NCBI RefSeq assembly: GCF_001194135.2
Contig: NC_069001.1
Coordinates: forward strand, 4,029,382-4,093,381
From: Octopus bimaculoides
Taxonomy: Eukaryota
Direction of reading: 5' to 3'
DNA: 64,000 bases
Of this stretch, positions 14,401 through 25,000 are shown in pieces. The notes below the pieces were generated by a model. It worked only from the letters and a program-made list of their open reading frames with translations, had not been told where the DNA came from and made no database searches. Every line of letters begins with the position of its first letter. The first letter of the stretch is position 1. A program made the translations under genes and the position numbers.

Positions 14401-15149
14401 TGGGTGTCGAAATTTATGTTAATAGAATGTTACAGTAAACTTTAAACAACGTTCTCGACCAAACACACACACACATAATTCTTTGGTTTTACATTTACTC
14501 TTGGTAATTGAGAAATACATATTGATTTTCTATTAATGAATAAAGTTGGTGTTGATGCCCGGCCATCAAAGTATAAAATATTCTAGTTAAAATGAAAGTA
14601 AAAGAGATAATTTTAAAACATCTTACAATGAAAGAAAGCACTTCGTTCTTCGGACGTTGAAAACCATTTGCCGTTTTGGGTTTAGGGTACGATTTTTAAT
14701 GACCTGGGATTATCAAAGATGTATTAATTAGGCGAGGACACGAATGACATTGCAGTTTAGTCGGATATATTTATACATATATTGTAATGTATATTTCAGT
14801 GTAGGTGTGAGAATAATTGCCTATTTCTGGAGTTTAACAGAGGGAACAGGCACTCACATGCATTGTATATCATCAGGTTGTGTCGTAATTTCTAGAATAA
14901 TAAATAGTTGGATGTGACGGTCAAGGAGGACATGAATGACAATGGAAAATAAAAGTGTTCAGGTGAGACTGTTGACTGAGATAAGTTGGTACGATTAGGA
15001 AAATCACACATGAACGGGCTTTTCCCCACCACACACGTATGACAGCGTTGGTTTCCAGATATGAGGGACGGATAAGGAGAACCAGATATTGACAAAAATT
15101 GATATAGTTATTGGACCTAACTGATTTAGTAGTGGCTAGCACTAATCTA

Positions 15150-16272
15150 TCAGTTGTGATATAATAACTGGAGATTGAAAGAAGAAAACAAGAGACATGT
15201 GAATGACATTGAGAAGTAAGAAAACAACAAAGTGACGCCAAAGAAAGTCTATACACAACAGATGATAAATATATTGATTTATAACTGAGATGGTTAATAA
15301 TGCCTGCCGGACTTCGCTTTATTGTAAATAGATCTAGGTTTTAAGAGGGTTTAGATATTAAACAAAGACAACACATTGATGAGACTTATTGGTTGTTACA
15401 CTATATTAAAATGTTCGATTTCGTTTATCTTTGTGGAAACAAAACAAATCTTTGAGTTGGAAAAGTGACTCGTAAATAATAAAGAGACAGAGAGAAAGAG
15501 AAAGGAAGAATAAAGCGTTTGTCTGTGTCTGTCTATGCGTGTATGTGTGTNNNNNNNNNNNNNNNNNNNNNNNNNNNNNNNNNNNNNNNNNNNNNNNNNN
15601 NNNNNNNNNNNNNNNNNNNNNNNNNNNNNNNNNNNNNNNNNNNNNNNNNNNNNNNNNNNNNNNNNNNNNNNNNNNNNNNNNNNNNNNNNNNNNNNNNNNN
15701 NNNNNNNNNNNNNNNNNNNNNNNNNNNNNNNNNNNNNNNNNNNNNNNNNNNNNNNNNNNNNNNNNNNNNNNNNNNNNNNNNNNNNNNNNNNNNNNNNNNN
15801 NNNNNNNNNNNNNNNNNNNNNNNNNNNNNNNNNNNNNNNNNNNNNNNNNNNNNNNNNNNNNNNNNNNNNNNNNNNNNNNNNNNNNNNNNNNNNNNNNNNN
15901 NNNNNNNNNNNNNNNNNNNNNNNNNNNNNNNNNNNNNNNNNNNNNNNNNNNNNNNNNNNNNNNNNNNNNNNNNNNNNNNNNNNNNNNNNNNNNNNNNNNN
16001 NNNNNNNNNNNNNNNNNNNNNNNNAAACAATATTTGTTGCAACTTTTTTTTTTCCTTCCGATAGTTATTAGTGTGACGGGAAGGGAGACGGACTAGTTTC
16101 GTTTCGTTTGTATCAAAGTTTTTATATAGTCTAATGTTGTAATTATATAAACCGGATGTATATATCCCCGACTATATAAAGCGCGTGAGTACGTGTTTCG
16201 GTCATTTGCGGAGCAGTTTGTTGGCTGTTGCTGAGGTATGTGCTTTATAAGTCAATCAGCAAGACTGGGGGG
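15150..16272 (+). repeat. Near-identical segmental duplicate A (promoter plus first exon of snoRNA host copy 1; includes N gap 15551-16024)
   Basis: Matches 26770-27923 almost base for base on both sides of the gap; only a few substitutions seen (e.g. gacatt/gacatc, gtgacgcc/gtgtcgcc, aaagagac/aaagggac). Confidence 0.9.
16173..16241 (+). promoter_or_regulatory. Pol II core promoter of snoRNA host gene copy 1: TATA box, Inr, first exon, 5' splice site
   Basis: TATATAAA at 16173-16180; Inr-like TCATTT with A+1 at 16204, 31 nt from the TATA start; ATG-less 32-nt exon 16204-16235; donor CTGAG|GTATGT. Confidence 0.7.
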
Positions 16273-16681
16273 AAACCATAGCGTATATGTAAGATATATA
16301 CAGCTTAAGCATGTTGAAAACAATCCATAGTTTAAGACTTAGCCATTTTAGTAATCGAACTATATTTTTTCATGATGTATTAACGTTAATCTCCTTTCTT
16401 CATAGATCAGTATGTATTTTATGACTAGAATTAATATATACTTATTTTTTTCGCTTTTCCGGTGAATCTAAATATTTTTTTATCTTTTATCTCTTGATAA
16501 AAAGACATGACTTTAATGTAATATGTATTTTGTGTATAGATTTACGGTGATCTAACTGAAACGGTTCTGCCGTGAGTGGAATCTGCGGTAACCTGCAGCC
16601 ACGTGGATTCATCTGTTGCATTCCGTTCTCACACATTACTACACGTGGTCTCTTGCTGTTTATTGTGCTACTGATTTTTCT

Positions 16682-16803
16682 ATTTCGGTGATGACATTCG
16701 CTATTCTGAAGATCAGTTGTTCTCTTCGCGGTGCAGTTTTTGTGCTTTCGAAGTTCTGACAACTTTTTACATTGCTGTCTTTTGAGGCATTTGTCTGAGA
16801 AAT
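16682..16803 (+). ncRNA. SNORD15: C/D box snoRNA, U15/SNORD15 family, copy 1
   Basis: Stem ATTTC/GAAAT, C box GTGATGA 16688-94, D' CTGA 16706-09, D CTGA 16795-98. The D guide GAGGCATTTG is complementary to the conserved 28S CAAAUGCCUC, and the 3' end GAGGCATTTGTCTGAG is as in U15. Confidence 0.8.
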
Positions 16804-17293
16804 TACATTCAGTACAGTCCTAATTGGGTTTTTTTTTAAATCCTACCCTGCTGTCCATACGACTACCAGAGTCTGCTTTTGTATAGGTTTTTTTAGTTCT
16901 ATATCTTTTATAGTTTCAAATATATGTGTTGCGGTTAATTTTTTATATCGTTTCAGTGAGAAATTGTTAAGCTTGATGGATTCGTAAAATTTTTGTACCC
17001 AAGCTGTCCGCATGTGTCGATCGAGCCATAATTTACTAGTGTATCAATTAGTAGCCCTTTAGTGTATGCCTGTTTTTAATGGTAGCTCTTTCATTTGTCT
17101 CATTTAAATTAAGAGATGTTTTGCTAGTTAGTTTTAATTTTTACAGAAGCCATTAGGATGTTAATTTTCGTCGTTCCTCGTGGGCGATCTGTGTACTGCC
17201 GTCTGTTACGTTTGACCTCAACCTTACTGTGACGGTCAACAATGTTACCCTTGCTAAATATATCACTGTACCGTTGTAGTTCTACGGAAATGT

Positions 17294-17363
17294 CCCAAGG
17301 GTGATGATCTTGTGGATCGACTGATTGTCTTGACGATTTCCTTTTGCCCCTATCTGACTTGGG
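17294..17363 (+). ncRNA. C/D box snoRNA family B, copy 1 (D guide snR60/U80-like; D' guide possibly snR62/U34-like)
   Basis: Stem CCCAAG/CTTGGG, C GTGATGA 17301-07, D' CTGA 17321-24, C' TTGACGA, D CTGA 17354-57. The D guide CTTTTGCCCCTAT pairs with 28S AUAGGGGCGAAAG. Confidence 0.8.
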
Positions 17364-17368
17364 GATCC

Positions 17369-17787
17369 AGATGGACTATATGTAATCTGAACCTTTCCAC
17401 CCCTTATTTTTTATTTTTTACCTAATCCCACGTTTTAGGCTATGGCGATTCTGATTCTGAAAAAAAAAAATTTCAAATTTTCGATTTCTCCCCCCCCNNN
17501 NNNNNNNNNNNNNNNNNNNNNNNNNNNNNNNNNNNNNNNNNNNNNNNNNNNNNNNNNNNNNNNNNNNNNNNNNNNNNNNNNNNNNNNNNNNNNNNNNNNN
17601 NNNNNCTAGTTTTGTGAGATTTGGCTGTTATTTCTAGCATGTTAATAGCCTGCTTGGTGGTAGGGGGGAATTGAAATTTTTCAAACAATTTTTTTTCAGA
17701 ATCGGAATCTCCATAGCCTAAAACGTGGGATTCCGTAAAAAAAAATAATAAATAGGGGGGGGGGTTCAGATTACATATAGTCCGTCT
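17369..17787. mobile_element. Foldback/MITE with long (>100 bp) terminal inverted repeats (internal N gap)
   Basis: agatggactatatgtaatctgaacc...cccacgttttaggctatggcgattctgattctgaaaaaa is mirrored by ttttttcagaatcggaatctccatagcctaaaacgtggg...ggttcagattacatatagtccgtct. Confidence 0.75.
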
Positions 17788-17833
17788 CCGCTATAGATTT
17801 GAGTATGCCATCGTGGCGTGGAATACAAATTAC

Positions 17834-17871
17834 GGCGATCTTACGTTAAGGACTTGTAACGTAAGATCGCC
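17834..17871. repeat. Perfect 14-bp inverted repeat GGCGATCTTACGTT-N10-AACGTAAGATCGCC
   Basis: Read directly. The same arms occur at 37596-37641 (18-nt loop), and a single arm at 28003-28016. Confidence 0.9.
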
Positions 17872-18161
17872 AAAATGACTGTTATACATCAGCTTCTTCG
17901 CATGTTATTTAGATCACTTCCGTTTGTCTCAAAGGGTGTTTATCCCTGACTTTTAATAAGAATAACCCCTCAAGGGAAAGCACGATGTCTGCCTTTGTTC
18001 ATAGACCGACTCAAGCACTCGGGTCCAGGTAACTTACTGTACAAAATATGGAAAGTGCTATGTGGGGCTGGGTGACAGAATTAGTTATACTGTTAATGGG
18101 CGGTCAACAATTGTAAAAGTGATTTATGGACATCCTGTTATAGTATCAACATTACCAATGC

Positions 18162-18255
18162 GTTCTGATGTTGTGATGAACATTGGGTCGGAGTACTGTG
18201 CTATTTTCAGCAGTGATGACAGCTCTACTCGTTCACTTCTTCTGAATATCAGAAC
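18162..18255 (+). ncRNA. C/D box snoRNA family A, copy 1 (target unassigned)
   Basis: 10-bp terminal stem GTTCTGATGT/ATATCAGAAC, C GTGATGA 18173-79, D'-like CGGA 18189-92, C' GTGATGA 18213-19, D CTGA 18242-45. Two paralogues are in the window. Confidence 0.8.
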
Positions 18256-19270
18256 CTAATTCTGTGAGCTCTATAACCCTTCAGCATGCAGATTATTCGG
18301 TCATATGTATTACTTATTCGCATTTTGAGTCAATCGTGCTTTAACCCGTAGCTTTGAGATTTATTTTTAGAATATTGTTGGATATGTGTGAGATACCAAA
18401 GATGGTCGGTTTGAATGTTAGTGTTACTCCTGGGTTCCTTTTGCGAATTGGCTTTTTAAATCTGTTTTGTGTAAAGTTTAATAAAATATGTTTATAAAAG
18501 ATAAACCTTTCCATGTCCCCCCTCCTATTCTAAAATATTTTACTTGTTTGATGTGACCCAAAAGTTTGTTTATAGCTTCGGTTGCATTTCGTGTTACTCT
18601 TCCAAGGGCGTATAGAATAGGTATGTATTGTTTCGTTCGTGTGCATCATGTACTGAAAGTTCTGGCTGCTTTTCTCGATTCTCCAGTGTTTTGCAAAATC
18701 AAGCTCATACTATGAATAAAATTTGTGCAACTTTTGTAGTGGTGGGGTGGGCATCCTGCGGGCGACTAACAATGTTGCAAAGAATAGGCAGCCATTTGAA
18801 AGATCTTCATTTTTAATTACTATAGTTTAGTATCAAGCGTCAGGTGAAATCGTAGCCATGGTACATAAAAGCATCCATTACATTCTCTTACTGGTTAGCA
18901 TCAGGAAGGGCGTGCAACTGTAGAACCTGTGCCGAATCAGACAGGAGTCTGGTGCCGCCCCTCAGCTTGCCAACATGGACAGCGGACGTTAAAATGATGA
19001 TAATGTGGTACTTTTGAAATATGCAAAGGTGCTTTAATGGATTGAAGAATTTCCCTGGTGAAGTTTTTTTGCCTTTGTCTCACTTAGGACATTTCGTTGA
19101 TGTTTTCACTTACATATACTGTTGTGTCTGGGGAGAGTCGTTCTCTTTTAGTGCATTATAATTTAACGGACTCACCGGTAAGGTTTCTACTTAATTCCTT
19201 TATTTTCGTTGCGTCTTACAAGAAGCAACGAAGATTTTAGAAAAAATAATCCTCTCTCTATATTGCTTTT

Positions 19271-19343
19271 GTCCTGAGGATGATGATCTTGTGGATCGAC
19301 TGATGTCTTGACGATTTTCCTACGCCCCTATCTGACTAGGGAC
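19271..19343 (+). ncRNA. C/D box snoRNA family B, copy 2
   Basis: C ATGATGA 19280-86, D' CTGA 19300-03, C' TTGACGA, D CTGA 19332-35. The D' guide TCTTGTGGATCGA is identical to copy 1; the D guide is CGCCCCTAT. Confidence 0.8.
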
Positions 19344-19519
19344 TATTTATGAATATTATGAGTGGGATAAAATTAGTGATAGTGTGGTCCTATTGAAATA
19401 CACACAGGAGGTACTTTAGTGGATTGAATAAGTTCCCTGGTGAATTATCTTAGAACATTTATATTGTAGGTGGATTAGGAAATGATTTCATTTTTTTCAG
19501 TGGACAATGTATGGAAATA

Positions 19520-20602
19520 TAAAAAGGGTGCTGTTGGAAAGTTACTGGCTTTAAGGGTAAAGCTGGGAGGTAGGTCAGAAGATATGCAAAATATCATGAT
19601 GGTATACGATATATCTTTCTCTTTTTTGCAGATTTAACGCATGATGGCAGCTCCTAGTGTGTTTTGATAACATTGAAGTACAAGCAGTAATGAAGTCCCT
19701 CTTTCTGCAAGGCAAACAACCAGCAGAAATCCCTAGCAAGATGAAGGAAGTATTGAAAGATGGCTGTCCATCTTATTCCACGATAAAAATCTGGCTGACA
19801 AGGTTTCAGACCGATCATTTTGAGGTCATAGATAAACCCCAGTTGGGACAGCCAACTTCTGCAACTACAGAGGACTGCTGGATCTCAGCTGAGACTCTAG
19901 GGATTTCCTGCGAAAGATTTCATCACACCATCCATGACATTCTAGGCATGAGAGGGTTTTCTGCAAAGTGGGTGCCAAAATAGGTACATCAAAATGACAG
20001 CAGAAGTTGATTTTATGGCTCGTTTAGTCACCACAGGTGGAACTAGGCTTCATCGTTATGGTCCCCGGACCAAGCAGCAATTGGTGGAATGGTATCACAG
20101 TGGTTCACACCACATCCCAAGGCGTTTTGGACACTGAAAACAAGATTTTGGCTTCAGTGTTCTGGGACAAAGCTGGAGTATTCATTTTAGAATACCTGCC
20201 AAAGGGTCACACCATCAATGCAGAAATGCCATGGAAAACTGACCCATGATGTCTTGTTTTTGTAGGGTAGTGCACCAGCACATGAAACCCTAGAAAAAAT
20301 ACACAGCTTTGGCTTTAAATTGGTAGTCCGCTCCTGACTTGACCCCCTCTCACTATCACCTCTTTTCATAACTGAAAAAACAGCTCAACAGAATGAAATT
20401 TCATTCTGAGAAGTGATTGTTGCTACAGAGGCATGGTTAGAGGCCCAACCTTCCAAGTTCTTTTTTCAGGGTTTAGAAAAACTGAAGGACTGCTGTGGTA
20501 AGTTTGTGTATCTGAAAGGGGAGTATGTTGAATAAAATCATTAACTGATCCTCCTGTATTTTCTTTTATCCAAGGTCTGGAACTTTTAAGTATCCCCTTG
20601 TA
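19520..20602 (+). mobile_element. Decayed Tc1/mariner (mariner-type) transposon with transposase pseudogene
   Basis: Fragments carry HTH-region text (EVQAVMKSLFLQGK..EI...CPSYSTIKIWLTRF), WVPK, ILASVFWDKAGV..EYLPKGHTINAE and a broken PDL.PS.YHLF motif. Degenerate TIR-like ends; multiple stops and frameshifts. Confidence 0.8.
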
Positions 20603-20612
20603 TGTAATAAGT

Positions 20613-20701
20613 TCTGATATTATGATGAACACAGGTCGGAACACTGTGCTATTTTCAGCAGTGATGACAGCCCTACTTGTTCACTACTTCTGAATATCAG
20701 A
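20613..20701 (+). ncRNA. C/D box snoRNA family A, copy 2
   Basis: Stem TCTGATAT/ATATCAGA, C ATGATGA 20622-28, CGGA 20637-40, C' GTGATGA 20661-67, D CTGA 20690-93. Confidence 0.8.
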
Positions 20702-23619
20702 CACTAATTGTGTGATGTCTTGATCTTTGATTCCCTTTCACTGATTCATTTCTTAAATCAACATTTTGTAATCATGAAATTCAATAAAATATTTTTATTA
20801 AAAAAAAAAACCTGTCTGTGCTTCCCTTCCTCTATTATGAAAGTAAATCTGTTTTTAGTCCAGTTGGATTTCATCTCACTTTTTCAAGGACATGTACTGA
20901 ATTGAAGTTTGGGCCACTGACCTACATTTCCGATGCTTTACAAAGCCAAGATTGACCAGTACTATTAATCCTTTGACATTCAGATTAATTTGTCAAATGT
21001 AATGATTATTCATCACATTTTTTTTAAAAATCATTTAGTGTCTTGTAGTTTCAAGATTTTGAAAATGTGATTGTTTATTTTTAGAAAGACATTGTAGGGT
21101 GGGTGTGAGAGGTTGAGGCTGGTCAGTTTCAACATAGTGCAGTATTTGGGCTAGGTATGGCCAGTTTAAATTTTAAAAAGTTATTAAACATTTAGCTCCT
21201 GCAGGAGAGGGTTCTTCCATTTTGGGTTTTTCATTCTGGATCTCAAACCATGCAAAGAAACTTCACTTTTAATACATTAGAAGAGGATTAATAAGAGTCT
21301 TGTAATATTTTGAGGAAAGTCAGCTCTATTATATTTTACACTAGCAGATAGGGGGATACAACTCTGGGGTTGTTTCAGTCTTATTAAACTTTGGTTGAGT
21401 ACAAGAAGTGGAAAGTTAACATTGGTAGCCACAAAAACACTGGTATTGATTTAGAATTTTAATCCTACAAGTATGGAGTGATTTGGTCTAAATGATTCAA
21501 TACCTGAGAGAGGCAAACAAGGGCTGCCCCCAGGTAGTACATGCACTAGCTACACCACTTCATATTGCTCAAAGACACACTAATCTGTAACTGTTATAGT
21601 TTTATCTAGTTAGCAGTTTTTAGTGAAACTGGTAACAGTTCTTAGAATATAAATCTCATTAAGCAGCTGCTTCAATAGCAATTAGGTTGACGGGGGGGGG
21701 GGGTTCTTCTTGAAACCATCTTATGACATGGTTAATGATATTTATCCACAGCTTAAGCATTTGTTGGAAATTTTTGCAATATGCTTTGACATTAAGAAAC
21801 ACCTTTTCTGGCAAACCCTACCAGTGCATGCAAAAATATCAGGTATTTCTTAACAAAACATGGTGGCTGTATGCTTTACCAATATGTTGTACAGCATACA
21901 AATGGGCTCGGTATTTCATTCTTTAGTATTCTGACTATTTTGTTGAATGTAATACTTGTTTATTCACAAGTTTTGAATTCTCTTGTAGCTTTGAGATTTC
22001 TATGATGTAGTTTAGTTTTAGAATGACATTGGAGAGTAGGTGTGATGAGGATTCGCATTTACAGCCATCAAGTGATGTCTAATCATGGCACTTGACTGTG
22101 GCCATGCTAGAGCACTGCCTTGAAGGGTTTTAGTCGAGCAAATCAACCCCAGGACTTATTTTTTGTGAGCCTAGTACTTATTCTATCAGTCTCTTTACTG
22201 AGCTGCTAAGTTATGGGGACTTAACACACCAACACTGGTTGTCAAGTTGTGATGGGGAACAAACACAGAAGATATATATATACATATATACGATGGGCTT
22301 CTTTCAGTTTCAGTCTACCAAATCCACTCAAGGTTTTGTTCAGCCTGTGGGTACGGTTGAAGACACTTGCTCATAGTGACTGAACCTGGAATCAAGCTTA
22401 CCAATATTTAGCAGAAGTAATAGTGACTCAAGGTCTGAGACTTTTATACCTTGACACTAGAAACTCAGACTTTGAGTCATTCTTAGTGCTAAATATTAAA
22501 AAAAAGAAATTTACACATGCTCATATTTGGAGTTGTTTTCACTGTGCAGCTTAGCAGTTCCAGTCAAGCTGTCTAGCATGGAAAGCAGACATTAAATGAT
22601 GATATATATAAAATATACTACAGGCTTCTTTCAATTTCTGCCAAACAAATCCACTTACACATTTTGGTCTAGCTGAAGCTATATAGTAGAACTCACTTGT
22701 CCAAGGTGCCATGCAGTGAGACTGAACTCAAAACTGAGAAGCAAGATTCCTAAGTACATTATCAAGAAAGTTTCTAAAAGCAATTTCTAGAAATAACGAA
22801 TTCTGCTGGCAGCATTGCATTGATTTGTACTAATACTTCCAAGATAGCAAAACTTGTTCATAACTCTGACAGGTTGACTATTAATTACAAGATTATTGGA
22901 GTTATGTTCCCATGACAGTCATTGATTTGGTTTCATCAAAATTAATTAATAAACCACATTCAGGGTTTTTTGTTTTTTTTTTCTTGACATTTTTAACATT
23001 CACTTTTCGATGCTCACATAGTTCAGAATTTCTTGAAGCAAATTTTGAATGGTTAGATGGTTCAGTGGTTCTTGTCAACCCTCACCTGTTTTCAAGTAAG
23101 GTAATATTTTCTTTCATGACTGGACATGTTTTTATGGAGGATTGAAAATGAATGGAACTACCTTTTTTGAAAGTAATGATGATTTACAAATAAGATGCAT
23201 GAATATACAACGAAATTCAGTTTCTGTCAAGGAAATCCGCTCACAAGGCTCTGATCAGCCTCAGTCTATAGAATACTCTTGTCCAAGGTGCCATGCAATA
23301 AAACAACCAAGGGTGGTTTTTCTTTTACTTGTCTCAATCATTTAACTGGAGCACTGCCTTTAATTAAAAGGGTTGGTGAGTGAATTTAACCAGATAGCTA
23401 TGCCTCTTTGTCTTCAAAATGTCTCATCAACGTCATTATGATTCTCATTTCGGGGATCATTCATGTAATGACATTTTTGGTTCAATTAATTTTGAAAATA
23501 ATGAAGAATTTATTAAAATAACTTTATTAAGCTGGTATTTAGAACATAAATTAACATGAGATTTCGATGGAAGGATTTTAAATCACTTTGAAATAATATT
23601 TGTAGCATAGAACTAGGAA

Positions 23620-25000
23620 CGGTCTCAGGTGGGTTGGTGTCGGATAGTTATTAACGACCTTTGAAATCTAGAACATTCTTCAGAGTATTACAGTTGATAC
23701 AATACATGAGGTTGGTGGAGGTGAGGTTAAATTGGTTAATGAGGTGGAATTGAGGATTATGAGCACGCCATTAGAAATGAAATCAAATGTAGAGCTGGAG
23801 TATTTAAAGGCATCAGGCTATTAGTGGGTGAAGGGAATTTTTTTTAGAGGTCCCTTTTGAAAAAGAAGAGTTGGGGATTAAGAAAGACTGGTAATTAAAG
23901 TTAATATGGATAGCTGATTGAAGAGGCATGTCAGACAAGTGAAAGTCATAGGAAGAACTTTTTGGGTTTGTGTGTTTAGAATAAAAGAGCAGAGGTTTTG
24001 GGAATCACTGGAATGTAGAATAATAGACCAACACTTCAGTGTCATGCTGTGCCAGGAAGACATGCTGCATTTCATCAGTTTTGTAAATAGATATTGGAAT
24101 CAAAATTTATTGATGGTTCCGGTGTGAGTCATATCGATGGTTCTGGTGTGAAATGAGGAGGCAATGTAAAGATAATCAATACTGACAGGAAGATACCAGA
24201 AGTATTTGAGCTGGTAGAGATAAATCCAAAAGATGGGTGGTAAGTGTTGAAGATAATTTCATGTGAAGAGTGTCTCATCATTTAACATTCATTTTTACTT
24301 GTTTGCATGGGTGAGAAGGAATTTGAGTTTATCTTGGTAGTTATGGCTTCCCTGAGAGATTGTTGACAGAATTTATTGAACAAGGAATTAACGGTAAGGA
24401 CAAGTTTAGCTTTAGAAGAGAAGTGATACCAGGTGAAGACTGGAAGTCACAGAAATGTTTAACAGCTTAAATCTTGTCGTTGATGGAATGGCTGCACAAG
24501 TGGGAAACAAATAACGTTGAGAAATAAAGGAATGAATGATTAATATCCTTGGTACATTGAAACAGGTGAACAAGAGGTGATACGAGTTTATCAAGGTAAC
24601 TGGAAAGAAGTCCAATGGGAAACCGGATGGTTGCGTTGTGTAGATTAGAGAGAAAATAGAAGGTATACGATGATGAGGTTAATAGAGGTGGAGGTGGCTG
24701 CTAAAGAAGTGATCAGTTCCTCAATAGTACAGTGGAATATTTGATTATTGGGTCGCGTATTATTGAGCTGTTGGGATGACGTCTCTCAGTAAAAGTCACT
24801 CCATCAAACAACAGCATCACTCTCTCGGTAGGTTTGATTTTGTCATTACTCCCGCTTATGAGTATCAGAGTTCATCAACCGTGATAGTCTGGGTTCCTTT
24901 TTCAAATTGAATAAATTCTGACAGCAATATTTCATCACAGATCGAACTATTCCAAGTCATTTGTTTATATCATGCTGTTCTGTTTAACATAGATAACCAA
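23620..25000 (-). mobile_element. Highly decayed Penelope-like retroelement remnant (tentative)
   Basis: Minus-strand pieces include TSTNLMYCINCN, which resembles the GIY-YIG-proximal TS.N.IYCI.C motif. Frames are heavily broken and boundaries are rough. Confidence 0.3.

Larger units (their letters stand above)
16204..20701 (+). ncRNA. Putative non-coding polycistronic snoRNA host gene, copy 1 (3' end not determined)
   Basis: A promoter and first exon are followed by five C/D snoRNAs on the same strand. Candidate donors occur between them (e.g. CAG|GTAACT ~18028, TAG|GTATGT ~18620). There is no non-TE ORF. Confidence 0.65.

Noticed and set aside
18630-18785. Possible H/ACA snoRNA (weak similarity to 30270-30335, ending ctaACAatg)
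   Set aside because: Could not fold two convincing hairpins with an ANANNA hinge by eye; needs snoGPS or Infernal.
22042-22100. GTGATGA as a further C/D snoRNA
   Set aside because: No D box with a terminal stem; it runs from a dispersed repeat into a SINE.
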